Below are positions 29,361 to 38,439 of a DNA stretch of 64,000 nucleotides, one piece after another (the first letter of the stretch is position 1; the number at the start of each line of letters is the position of its first letter). Source of the DNA: Pseudothermotoga sp. GTDB taxonomy: Bacteria; Thermotogota; Thermotogae; Thermotogales; DSM-5069. The notes below the pieces were generated by a model, which saw only the letters and a list, made by a program, of their open reading frames with translations, made no database searches and was not told where the DNA came from. The DNA is taken from NCBI GenBank assembly GCA_031962025.1, contig JAVRKW010000001.1; one strand, 5' to 3'. The position numbers and the translations under genes are program-made.

Positions 29361-29929
29361 CTTTCACCACCTCTTTGTGTGAAGAGCCTGTATGCCGTAT
29401 AGACCAGAATAACTGCAAAAATAAGTGAAGCAAGGATATTTGCCTGATATGAAGGACTTATCAACTTATAAGGATTGAAAGTAGGACCGATACGGCTTGA
29501 TCCAATGCCACCGAGCACTAAATCTGCTAACAGAAACAAGAATGCGGCACCATACGGATCAAATCCAACACTGACAGCAGATATCACCACTCCAAAGTAA
29601 GATGAAAAGAAGATGAGTACTTTGAGCAGTATCAGCCAAGAATATATTGAGTGATCAGCAAAGATCAAGCCCACAAAGAAAGTCATTGAAATCAACATTG
29701 AAAGAAACAGATATTCCATGTAGAACAATTGTTTTCTGGTAAATGGCAAAAAGATCATCAAATCGAGTTTTTTCTGTCTAATGTCGGATGCAAGGGAAAA
29801 CAGTATTATGAAAAAAGCTCCGAATGCCTTGGCGCCGAAATTTGGAAAAAGCATCACGGCTAAGAAAAAAACCATGCTTGAGTATTTTTCAAGAAGCTGT
29901 TTTTTCACATAAACATCAAAGTTTTTCAT
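29357..29929 (-). CDS. ABC-2 type permease-like membrane protein
   Basis: About 6 hydrophobic helices; LPFTRKQLF; operonic with the ATPase. Confidence 0.75.
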   Translation of the reverse strand: MKNFDVYVKKQLLEKYSSMVFFLAVMLFPNFGAKAFGAFFIILFSLASDIRQKKLDLMIFLPFTRKQLFYMEYLFLSMLISMTFFVGLIFADHSIYSWLILLKVLIFFSSYFGVVISAVSVGFDPYGAAFLFLLADLVLGGIGSSRIGPTFNPYKLISPSYQANILASLIFAVILVYTAYRLFTQRGGER

Positions 29930-30287
29930 TCTTCCACACCTCCTCAATCAACAACAAAGAAGTATAAAGATCAAGACCTTTCGATTTGAGATTGCTAACC
30001 AATTTTTTTATTTCCTGAGTAATCTGTGGATCGATTGAAACATTCTTTGCGACGAAGTATCCTATCCCTTGCTCTGACACCAGGAAACCTTCATTTTTGA
30101 GCTTATCAAGAGCCTTCAATATTGTATTCACGTTGACGTCGAAGATTGTTTCAAGTTCTCTTACAGGAGGCAACTGTGACTCAGCTTTGAGATTCCCAAG
30201 CAGTATTTCGGATTTAATCTGATTCATGATCTGAAGATAAACAGGTATACCACTGTGTTTATCGACCTTTCTCAGCATCTGAATCAC
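29916..30287 (-). CDS. GntR-family regulator, YtrA subfamily
   Basis: PVYLQI, LPPVREL, VNVNTI, GIGYFV; short C-terminal domain. Confidence 0.92.
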   Translation of the reverse strand: MIQMLRKVDKHSGIPVYLQIMNQIKSEILLGNLKAESQLPPVRELETIFDVNVNTILKALDKLKNEGFLVSEQGIGYFVAKNVSIDPQITQEIKKLVSNLKSKGLDLYTSLLLIEEVWKNEKL

Positions 30288-31210
30288 TCTCTCACTATTC
30301 TGATACCAGAGCTATCAAGTCGGATATCTGCCTTTGATTTATTTCTCAATGTGATCTTTCCACCTGTACCATCGGCTTTCAGGTAAAGATCATCCGGACC
30401 AAGGTAAGTTAAAGTTCCATTTATTCCTGTTCCATCGATGGACAGAGAACTACAACTGGAAAGTACCATGTCAAAAGATATACCGGTTCCATCTATTCTG
30501 ATCGCTTCAAACTCGAACTCACCTTTGAGATTTATTCCTGTACCGTCTATGTACAGTGACTTTCCAGCCAATTTACCGTTTACATTTACGCCTGTGCCGT
30601 TGATTGACAGACGATTTGCTACGATTTTTCCTTTGACATTTACTATGGTGCCATCGATATAAAGCGAGTTTATTTGACATTCGCCGCCGATAGACACAGC
30701 TGCTGTGTTTATCTGTAGATCCTGTAACTGGTCAGTGCCGATCTCGATAATGTATTTTTTGTCAGGATGGCTTCCATAGATCCTTATTTCATCATTTGAG
30801 GTACTCACATCAAGTTCATCTGAGAGTCGAATTGAATGAGAATCGGTAAAACGTATGTCTACACTCATTTGTCCATCGATAACAACCTTCGATTTTAGAT
30901 CAATTGATTTTGAAGGCTCAACTTCCTTGAAAAATCCGGTGAAAGGAAAATGAAAAACATCTTGAAAACTCTGCAAAATGATGTGTGAGTAAATGCCAAT
31001 GCTTGATGGAATTAAGAAGATTATAATTGCCAGTGCCATAAAACCAGCCATGTGTCTTACATAGCTTTTGAACATGAAGGCTAAAATCACCACGGCAATG
31101 AAGGCAAGTACAATCTTCAACGGTATAAAAGGTAACAGCCATCCAAGAGTTCCCAAAATCGCTGTGATCAGCGCTACCTGAAGAAACTTTGACTGTCTAA
31201 TTAACTGCAC
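30284..31210 (-). CDS. Membrane protein with C-terminal IDGTG beta-repeat domain (DUF4097/LiaG-like)
   Basis: Three N-terminal TM helices; about six ~18-aa repeats with an (I/A)(D/N)GT core. Confidence 0.65.
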   Translation of the reverse strand: MQLIRQSKFLQVALITAILGTLGWLLPFIPLKIVLAFIAVVILAFMFKSYVRHMAGFMALAIIIFLIPSSIGIYSHIILQSFQDVFHFPFTGFFKEVEPSKSIDLKSKVVIDGQMSVDIRFTDSHSIRLSDELDVSTSNDEIRIYGSHPDKKYIIEIGTDQLQDLQINTAAVSIGGECQINSLYIDGTIVNVKGKIVANRLSINGTGVNVNGKLAGKSLYIDGTGINLKGEFEFEAIRIDGTGISFDMVLSSCSSLSIDGTGINGTLTYLGPDDLYLKADGTGGKITLRNKSKADIRLDSSGIRIVRE

Positions 31211-31229
31211 AACAACACCTCCATTTATA

Positions 31230-31255
31230 TAGTGTTCTATATAAATATAACACTA
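31230..31255. promoter_or_regulatory. Palindromic operator, probably for the YtrA-like GntR
   Basis: TAGTGTT-12 nt-AACACTA just upstream of the operon RBS; resembles YtrA AGTGT...ACACT boxes. Confidence 0.7.
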
Positions 31256-31331
31256 CTTATGTAGAACTCAATTACATAGTTGTAAAATATTTGTGTATAG
31301 AATTTTAATAAATCAGTCGCTGAAAACCACC

Positions 31332-31360
31332 TTGATTATGAATTATTACTGTGATATGAT
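31332..31360 (+). promoter_or_regulatory. Sigma70 promoter of tRNA-Leu
   Basis: TTGATT-17 nt-TATGAT with TG extension. Confidence 0.7.
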
Positions 31361-31375
31361 AAAGACAGTGAGTTT

Positions 31376-31462
31376 GCCGAGGTGGCGGAAATGGCAGACG
31401 CGCATGACTCAGGATCATGTGGGTTTACTCCCGTGCGGGTTCAAGTCCCGCCCTCGGCACCA
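31376..31462 (+). tRNA. tRNA-Leu(CAG)
   Basis: GCCGAGG/CCTCGGC acceptor stem, CATGA-CTCAGGA-TCATG anticodon arm, long variable arm, GGTTCAAGTCC, ACCA end. Confidence 0.97.
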
Positions 31463-31490
31463 GTAAAAGTTCTACAGTGGAGGCTTTCAG

Positions 31491-32201
31491 TTGGAATTAG
31501 TTCGACTTTTTGACCTGCCTATCACAATCGCTGAAAAACAGGAGCTTCTCTGGTTACTCACTGAGCGAATTTCAAGCGGAAAAAAGACCTTTGTTGTCAC
31601 AGCAAATGCTTCGATTGTTGTTAAAGCTGTTGAAGACGAATTTTACAAAAAAGCGGTTGAAAAAGCCAACCTGATTTTTCCGGACGGAATCGGAGTTGTA
31701 TGGGCTATCAAGAAGATTCACAAAAAACAATCACAGAGGATAACCGGTATAGATACGATGATTGAGTTGTGCAAAATTGCTGAACAGAGAAACTGGCGGG
31801 TATTTCTGCTTGGTGCACGTCCAGAGGTTGTGGCTAAAGCGGCGGAAAATCTCAACAAACAGTTCAACGGCATTGTCCGTGGATATTATCATGGATATTT
31901 CATGAACGATGAGCCAATCGAAATTATCAACAAAAGCAAAGCAGATCTTGTTTTCGTTGGTATGGGAGTGCCAAAGCAGGAACTGTGGATCAGCGAGAAT
32001 TTGTCAAAGATAGGTGCTGTTTTTGCCATGGGTGTTGGAGGTTCGTTCGATGTAATCTCTGGTTTCAAAAAAAGGGCTCCCAGGTTCATTCAAAAAATCC
32101 ACCTGGAATGGCTTTACCGGTTTCTTCAATCACCACTTGACAAAAAAAATGTACCGCGTGATGTTCTCAAGTTCATAAAAATAGTTCTTTCAAATCACTG
32201 A
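31491..32201 (+). CDS. WecB/TagA/CpsF glycosyltransferase
   Basis: VVTAN, PDGIGVVWA, RITGID, VGMGVPKQE, GVGGSFDV, LEWLYR. Confidence 0.92.
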   Translation: MELVRLFDLPITIAEKQELLWLLTERISSGKKTFVVTANASIVVKAVEDEFYKKAVEKANLIFPDGIGVVWAIKKIHKKQSQRITGIDTMIELCKIAEQRNWRVFLLGARPEVVAKAAENLNKQFNGIVRGYYHGYFMNDEPIEIINKSKADLVFVGMGVPKQELWISENLSKIGAVFAMGVGGSFDVISGFKKRAPRFIQKIHLEWLYRFLQSPLDKKNVPRDVLKFIKIVLSNH

Positions 32202-33367
32202 TTTGATTTGCTCATGAAAATGATCGCCATGACTGAAAAAAGTTCCATCAGCACCGAGAAAGTTACCAGCAGGACCAGTGATCTTTCGTATAAGATACCC
32301 ATCAATAAGCTGCCAAGAAACCAGGCAAGACCAAAAATCGTGTTGAAGATTCCATAGGCTGTGCCTCGTTTCTGAACAGGTATCAGATTTGCAACAACAG
32401 CTTTCAGTATGGATTCCTGAGCACCTATTCCTACACCCCACAGACACACACCGAAAACTACAGCAAATAGATTCTTGGACAAAAAAACAAAAGGTGCAAA
32501 AAACGCGGCAATCGACGAGGAAATTATCAGAACTACCAGACCGCGTTTGTCGAAAAGCTTACCAAATACAACCGCTGCCAGAGCGTCGATTCCCATAGCA
32601 ATTGAGTAAAACAGAGGGATAAAAGAGGCACTCACTAAGTTGGTTCTGGAAAAATGATAGGCTATCAATGGAAAATCTGCAAAACCTGCGGCAATAAAAG
32701 AGATTGCCACAAGATACCAGCGAAAACTCTTTGTCATTAATCGATCTGATCTGGTAGAAGTGGTTTTTTCAAAATCGCTCGGTGTTGGAAACAGAATTCG
32801 ACCAACTGTTAAAAGAACCAGTGAAACAATGGCGGGTATGAGTAACAACAAGAAAGCAGACCTGTATCTTGAAAGTTCCTCTCCATTTTTCAAAGCCAAG
32901 GCAACTGATAGAATCACCGGTCCTGTCACGGCTCCTATCTGATCTAAAGCTTCTTCAAGACCAAATCCCCAGCCTGATCCAACCTGTTTTACGGCAAATG
33001 ACATCATCGTGTCCCTCGCGGGTTTTCTAACTGCCTTACCGAATCTTTCAGCTATCAAAAGCAGGACTGCTATCTGCCAGTGTCCTACAAAAGCCAGAGA
33101 GGGAACAGCCAGCAAATTCATCAGGTAACCAGAAAAGGTCAGCAACCAGTAACGCCTTGTTCTATCTGCAAAGTATCCGCTCACAAGCCTGAAGGCGTAA
33201 CCCACGAATTCGCCGAGCCCTGCGGTTAACGAAATGACAGTGGCACTGGCACCAAGAAGACCGAGGTATGGTCCTGATATGCTCCTGGCTCCTTCGTAAA
33301 CGATATCGGAAAAAAGACTCACAAAACCCATCAAAATTATGAACTTGATTGCTGAACGTGATTTCAA
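32195..33367 (-). CDS. MFS transporter; start refined to TTG 33367
   Basis: SLFSDIVYEG, SGYFADR, ERFGKAVRKPARD, DQIGAVTGP; about 12 TM helices. Confidence 0.88.
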   Translation of the reverse strand: MKSRSAIKFIILMGFVSLFSDIVYEGARSISGPYLGLLGASATVISLTAGLGEFVGYAFRLVSGYFADRTRRYWLLTFSGYLMNLLAVPSLAFVGHWQIAVLLLIAERFGKAVRKPARDTMMSFAVKQVGSGWGFGLEEALDQIGAVTGPVILSVALALKNGEELSRYRSAFLLLLIPAIVSLVLLTVGRILFPTPSDFEKTTSTRSDRLMTKSFRWYLVAISFIAAGFADFPLIAYHFSRTNLVSASFIPLFYSIAMGIDALAAVVFGKLFDKRGLVVLIISSSIAAFFAPFVFLSKNLFAVVFGVCLWGVGIGAQESILKAVVANLIPVQKRGTAYGIFNTIFGLAWFLGSLLMGILYERSLVLLVTFSVLMELFSVMAIIFMSKSNQ

Positions 33368-33429
33368 AGTACAGTCACCTCTTTTTGCTGTACTGTGAGT
33401 TATCATTATTATAAGTGAGGTGAAGTTAC

Positions 33430-35091
33430 GTGAAGATTAAGAAGCTCGATCCTTCAGTTGTCTCAAGAATTGCGGCTGGAGAGGTGATCGTTGGAACACA
33501 TTCTGTTGTGAAGGAATTGGTCGAGAATTCGATAGATGCAGGTGCAACAAGAATAGTTGTTGAACTGATAAACGGTGGAAAAGATGAGATAAAAGTTCAG
33601 GATAATGGTGAAGGAATGGACAGAGACGATTTAATAAACTGTTTTGAACCACATGCAACCAGTAAAATTTCGAGTTTTGAAGATATCTACAAGCTCAACT
33701 CTTTTGGCTTTCGTGGTGAAGCTCTTTATTCCATCTGCCAGGTGAGTAAGACTAAGATAATCTCAAGGGTTGAACAATCGCAGATAGGAAACGAAATTGA
33801 GGTTGTGGCAGGACATTTGATATATGAAAAACCGTGTGCCTGTCAAAAGGGCACAACGGTCATCGTCAAAGATTTGTTTTTCAACGTACCTGCAAGAAGA
33901 AAATTTTTAAAATCATCTGCCATTGAAGGTCGAATGGCAACAGAAACCTTTGAAAGATTCTGTCTATCCCACCCGCAAATAGCTTTCGTTCTATCCGTCG
34001 ATCAGGAGATTGTGTACAACTTTGTTCCATCGACTTTAATTGAGCGTGTCAGATCCCTTTTTAAAGATGTACCCAAAGACCATCTGACTTCATTCGATAT
34101 GGAAAGAAATGGAATGAGAATAACTGGCTGTGCAACTAAACCACCTTTTTTCAGAAATAGGAGATCACTCTTTGTTTATGTGAATGGTAGATACGTGGTC
34201 AATTCAACTATACAGAGTGCAATTTACTCTGCATACAGTGATTTTCTAAATCAAAAAGAACATCCATTAGTTGTCCTGAATCTATTCATTCCATCAAAAG
34301 ATGTCGATGTGAACATACATCCTCAGAAACTGGAAGTGAAGTTTTCAGACGAAGAGAAAGTCTTCAAATTCGTCAGAGATACAATCAGGGCTACTTTTGA
34401 AAAGGTCGTTATACATCAGATTCCCGTATCTTCATCATCAGACCGCAGAGTGCAGGAGTCTTTTGAAACTTACAAAGTCAAGGAAAAAGAAACGCCAGTC
34501 ACTTTTCCCCAGGATAGGCAGTTTCTTGAGCCATCGAATTTCAACGTGATCGGTATTGCAAAAGGAAGGTACATAATCACTCAAACCTCTGAAGCCCTGC
34601 TCATTGTCGATTTTCATGCAGCACATGAAAGGCTCATATACGATGAAATGATTTCCCGTCTGGGTGACATGCCAGCCGCTGATCTGTTGATAGATGCTGA
34701 GATACCCCTGAGAAAAAGTGAGCTTGATCTTCTGAAAAGAACAGATCTTCTAAGAAAAATAGGCTTTGACTATGAAATAGGAACGGAGAAAGTGGTCGTC
34801 AAAAAAATTCCAAAGTGGCTCGATCAAAGAGATCTCAGAGATTTTCTCGTGGAAAGTATTGACGAGATGAAATTGATTGACCTTCAGAGTTTTGAAGAAA
34901 CTGTCAGAAAGATCATAGCCAATATAGCATGCAAGAGTGCGCTGAGAACCAAAGACAGGCTTGATAACCAGCAAGCTCTTTTGCTTGTGAAACGGATCTT
35001 TGATAAAAAGATCAGTGCCTGTCCACATGGTCGTCCAGTAGTTTATTCCATAGAGTTCAGAGATCTGGATAAATTTTTCGAAAGGATCTGA
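33430..35091 (+). CDS. mutL: DNA mismatch repair endonuclease MutL
   Basis: IAAGEV, KELVENSIDAG, HATSK, GFRGEAL, DVNIHP, DFHAAHER, ACK, CPHGRP. Confidence 0.96.
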   Translation: MKIKKLDPSVVSRIAAGEVIVGTHSVVKELVENSIDAGATRIVVELINGGKDEIKVQDNGEGMDRDDLINCFEPHATSKISSFEDIYKLNSFGFRGEALYSICQVSKTKIISRVEQSQIGNEIEVVAGHLIYEKPCACQKGTTVIVKDLFFNVPARRKFLKSSAIEGRMATETFERFCLSHPQIAFVLSVDQEIVYNFVPSTLIERVRSLFKDVPKDHLTSFDMERNGMRITGCATKPPFFRNRRSLFVYVNGRYVVNSTIQSAIYSAYSDFLNQKEHPLVVLNLFIPSKDVDVNIHPQKLEVKFSDEEKVFKFVRDTIRATFEKVVIHQIPVSSSSDRRVQESFETYKVKEKETPVTFPQDRQFLEPSNFNVIGIAKGRYIITQTSEALLIVDFHAAHERLIYDEMISRLGDMPAADLLIDAEIPLRKSELDLLKRTDLLRKIGFDYEIGTEKVVVKKIPKWLDQRDLRDFLVESIDEMKLIDLQSFEETVRKIIANIACKSALRTKDRLDNQQALLLVKRIFDKKISACPHGRPVVYSIEFRDLDKFFERI

Positions 35092-35096
35092 TAGAA

Positions 35097-35606
35097 ATGG
35101 AAGGCTTGCTGATCAGACAGGTGCGTCTTTCCGACGCGGCTGAGCTGGTAGCTTTCAAAAGACAGGTTTCATCTGAATCGAAATTCCTTTTGACATGTCC
35201 TGATGAAGTTGAAGACCTGATAGATCAAAGAAGAATGATAACAATATATCTGAGTGATATGCGAAGAATATTCTTAGTAGCTGAATACGATAAGCAGATA
35301 GTTGGAGTGATAACCCTTTCTGGTTCGAACAGAAGAAGGATAATGCACAAAGGCGAACTGGGTATAAGTGTGAAAAAACAATTCTGGGGTAAAGGTATTG
35401 GGACTGCTCTTATGGAAGAATGCCTGAAGATAGCAAAACAAAAGGGGTTCAAGAAAATTCAGTTGGAGGTAATGTCGAACAACGACAGGGCAATAGCACT
35501 CTACAAAAAATTCGGTTTTGAGGTAGAGGGTGTTAAAAGAAAGGCGGTTTTTGTTGATGGTGAATACATCGATCTGGTGATGATGGGAAAATGGCTCGAA
35601 GATTGA
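35097..35606 (+). CDS. GNAT-family N-acetyltransferase
   Basis: WGKGIGTAL, NDRAIALYKKFGF. Confidence 0.9.
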   Translation: MEGLLIRQVRLSDAAELVAFKRQVSSESKFLLTCPDEVEDLIDQRRMITIYLSDMRRIFLVAEYDKQIVGVITLSGSNRRRIMHKGELGISVKKQFWGKGIGTALMEECLKIAKQKGFKKIQLEVMSNNDRAIALYKKFGFEVEGVKRKAVFVDGEYIDLVMMGKWLED

Positions 35607-36430
35607 TCAAATTGCTGTTGATCTTTTTGGTATTGCTTTTTTGTTCATTAATACCAGTGTTATTGATCAAGCAACGGTTCAGTGAAATTGTCGAAAAAGA
35701 TGCCGTGTTACTTGTTCAGACAGCTGCAAGATTGATAGAACTTCAGGTGGTGGAGAAGGTTAAAAACTCTTCTGGTTTATCAGATCAGATACCAGATCAG
35801 TATGTGAATCTGGCAAAAAAAGTCGGAGGGGTTTTTCTATACGACGAGCATCTCAAAAAGGTTGTCGTTTGCATTCGAAAAGAACAGGATGTACAGTCTA
35901 CTCTGGTCTCTTTGAATGGTTTATCAGCTCCTGTGGTGTATTTTGTGACAGACACAGCTGGAAAAATCGTTGCAACTTCGGAGGTAGCTGGTATTGGTGA
36001 AACACTCTCTGGCATCATAACAGTTCAAGAAACCAACAAAGTATTCAAAACAAAATACAAGGGACACAGTGTCTATGCTTATGCTGCTGTGAACCCTGTT
36101 TATGGTTTTTATACGATCAGCTGTGTCCAAACAAAGGACATCTTCTGGCAGCTACTTTTTCCAGTTCTTCTATGCATCTGTATTGCTCTGACGGTATTGT
36201 TGATCATCTTTCAGGATTATTACAGAACCAAATTGCTCTCGATTGCAGAATCACTTGAGAAACTCTCAGAAGGCTCGACCGATGTGAGAATAAAGGACAG
36301 AAGGATTTCGAAAATCGTTGACCAGCTCAGCGAGAATATAAAGAGAAAGGATAGGATTTTGAGAAAAACCGCACAGGAACTTGAAAATTTGAAGCAGACT
36401 CTCGAAAAGATCAGGGAGAAGAAATCATAG
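35591..36430 (+). CDS. Two-TM membrane protein with Cache-like extracytoplasmic domain and HAMP-like coiled coil; no output domain
   Basis: Two hydrophobic helices flank YFVTDTAGKIVA (PDC/Cache-like); C-terminal coiled coil. Confidence 0.55.
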   Translation: MARRLIKLLLIFLVLLFCSLIPVLLIKQRFSEIVEKDAVLLVQTAARLIELQVVEKVKNSSGLSDQIPDQYVNLAKKVGGVFLYDEHLKKVVVCIRKEQDVQSTLVSLNGLSAPVVYFVTDTAGKIVATSEVAGIGETLSGIITVQETNKVFKTKYKGHSVYAYAAVNPVYGFYTISCVQTKDIFWQLLFPVLLCICIALTVLLIIFQDYYRTKLLSIAESLEKLSEGSTDVRIKDRRISKIVDQLSENIKRKDRILRKTAQELENLKQTLEKIREKKS

Positions 36431-36676
36431 ATTTTGTATAAAAACCAGTATCTGGGCGACTGCGATGTACAGATCGTCTGGTATTTCCTCGAGCAGTTGG
36501 AGTCTGTACAGTTTTCTGACAAGATCTGGGGATGAAACTATTGGCACACCTGCTTTTTCAGCCTCTTCGATGATCTTTTCGGCGACTTCTCCCTTTCCCT
36601 TGGCTATCACAAAAGGGGCATTGAATTTCTCCGGATCGTAACCAAGTGCAACTGCCAGTTTATGCATATAGTCCAT
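36425..36676 (-). CDS. Stand-alone FlhB C-terminal domain protein (YlqH/FlhX-like)
   Basis: AVALGYD, APFVIAKGKG, GVPI, EEIPDDLYIAVAQILVFI. Confidence 0.88.
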   Translation of the reverse strand: MDYMHKLAVALGYDPEKFNAPFVIAKGKGEVAEKIIEEAEKAGVPIVSSPDLVRKLYRLQLLEEIPDDLYIAVAQILVFIQNL

Positions 36677-37325
36677 CTTTTAGACCTCCTGTATTGATCA
36701 AAACCGTCCTGAAATATGTACTCAGCGAGCTTCTGAGTTGTTCAATCTGCTCTGTGCTGGCTTTAACACCTGTCATATTCAAAAATATCTGGTCTGAAAT
36801 GATGGTTCCTTCGATACTCATAACCTTAGAATTTCTCACAAAATCCACTCTGAATGTCTTTGATCTTCTATCTATGAAAAGATGAAGCGGTTTTTCCAGG
36901 TCAGGTAGACTCCTGAAAGTGTAGGGATGTGAAAGTGTCATAAGCCATAAACCAAAGGCTTCCATGTCCTGGTTAACCTCACCATTTTTATAGTACAGCC
37001 CGAGCCTGTCAAAAAAATCATTGTCCAATCGTCCAGTACGCTTTTGGATTTGTTCTGCAACCTTTGCAAGAAATGGTATGTCAAGATCGCCTCTGGGTTT
37101 TTCTATACTCCGCAAAAGCGGTTGTAGCTGCTGTAAAGGAGGCAGAACTTCGGGGGCTTCAAAAATTTTTTCTGCGACATAAACCTTTGGATTAACTGGA
37201 TATTCGGTTATTCTGACCAGTTCTCCGATCTGCGGTAATTTCCTGTTCATTTTGACCACAGTTTCACCTTTCTGGGTTTTTATCTTGACCCATTTTCCGA
37301 ATCTGTCAATCACAACACCGTCCAT
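36660..37325 (-). CDS. Hypothetical protein, possibly FliK C-terminal-like
   Basis: Overlaps the FlhB-C gene; C-terminal beta-strands plus EQLRSSL helix; positional inference only. Confidence 0.4.
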   Translation of the reverse strand: MDGVVIDRFGKWVKIKTQKGETVVKMNRKLPQIGELVRITEYPVNPKVYVAEKIFEAPEVLPPLQQLQPLLRSIEKPRGDLDIPFLAKVAEQIQKRTGRLDNDFFDRLGLYYKNGEVNQDMEAFGLWLMTLSHPYTFRSLPDLEKPLHLFIDRRSKTFRVDFVRNSKVMSIEGTIISDQIFLNMTGVKASTEQIEQLRSSLSTYFRTVLINTGGLKDGLYA

Positions 37326-37416
37326 TGAAACCCTCCTTTAGTATTATCGCCAGAACTTCGAAAAACAACATCACAAAATTGAATGTTATCATTTGTCTGA
37401 GAAAGGAGGGGGAATT

Positions 37417-38439
37417 TTGCAAATAAGCCAGTTCTTTGAAGTGGGTACTTGCGCTGCAATTTTATCATGGGGACAACTTGGAACATCACTGGCAAAGACA
37501 ACCTATGGTTTGTTGAGGCACAGCAGAGTTTTCAAACCAGTTTGTGTTATAGCCGAACAGGAAGGAAGAAAAATCAGCGACTTTGTATCACCGGTGAGAT
37601 TCGATGTGCCGATTGTAAACAGCGTTGACAAGGCAGTTCGCATGGGTGCAAAGGTTCTGATAATTGGTATATCTAATGTTGGTGGATATCTGCCAGATGA
37701 GCTGGTGAGGCATATTCTCAAAGCAATCGAGTACGGGATCGATGTAGTTTCTGGATTACATCTCAAACTCTCTGAAACTGAACCGTTTCTCACAGCCTCG
37801 AAAATAACCAAAAGCCGCATAATAGATGTCAGACACTACGATGGAAAACTCAGAGTTCTGAACGGAGAAATTCTCCAGTCCAGGGCAATTCGCGTCTGTG
37901 TTCTGGGTACGGATTGTGCTACCGGCAAGAGAACAACGGCAATTCAACTGTGGGAAGCCGCTTTGAAAAGAAATCTTCCAGCGGCTTTTCTCGCAACAGG
38001 ACAGACTGGTATTATGATAGGGGCTGATGAAGGTGTTGCAATAGATGCATTGCCCGCAGATTTTGTACCCGGTGTTATCGAAGAGCTTATTCTTAAACTC
38101 GAGCGAAGTGGAAGTCGTTTGATATTCATAGAAGGTCAGGGTGCTTTGAGACATCCAGCGTATGGTCAGGTGACACTCGGTTTGATATATGGATGTATGC
38201 CTCAGTATGTGGTCATGGTACACGAACCACACAGAAAACATTTTGAATTCTTTGAAAACTTTCCTTTGCAACCAGATCCGCATAAGGAAATACAGTTGCT
38301 CAAACAGCTCGTTGATACAAAAGTTTTGGGAATATCGTGTCTTGATGAAAGCTACAGGCTCGATGATTATTTCGTCTTTAATCCTTTTGATGAAAAACAA
38401 CTTTCACAAATCATATCAAAATTGGAGGTGATTCTGTGA
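37417..38439 (+). CDS. DUF1611 family protein (DgcN-like D-Glu N-acetyltransferase); start refined to TTG 37417
   Basis: AKTTYGLLRHS, VSGLH, GTDCATGKRTT, ATGQTG, IEGQGALRHPAY. Confidence 0.85.
   Translation: MQISQFFEVGTCAAILSWGQLGTSLAKTTYGLLRHSRVFKPVCVIAEQEGRKISDFVSPVRFDVPIVNSVDKAVRMGAKVLIIGISNVGGYLPDELVRHILKAIEYGIDVVSGLHLKLSETEPFLTASKITKSRIIDVRHYDGKLRVLNGEILQSRAIRVCVLGTDCATGKRTTAIQLWEAALKRNLPAAFLATGQTGIMIGADEGVAIDALPADFVPGVIEELILKLERSGSRLIFIEGQGALRHPAYGQVTLGLIYGCMPQYVVMVHEPHRKHFEFFENFPLQPDPHKEIQLLKQLVDTKVLGISCLDESYRLDDYFVFNPFDEKQLSQIISKLEVIL

Noticed and set aside
37756..38400. Long antisense ORFs (214 aa here; also 14093-14650, 51258-51794, 40352-40843)
   Set aside because: Shadow frames of well-supported genes, with no recognisable motifs
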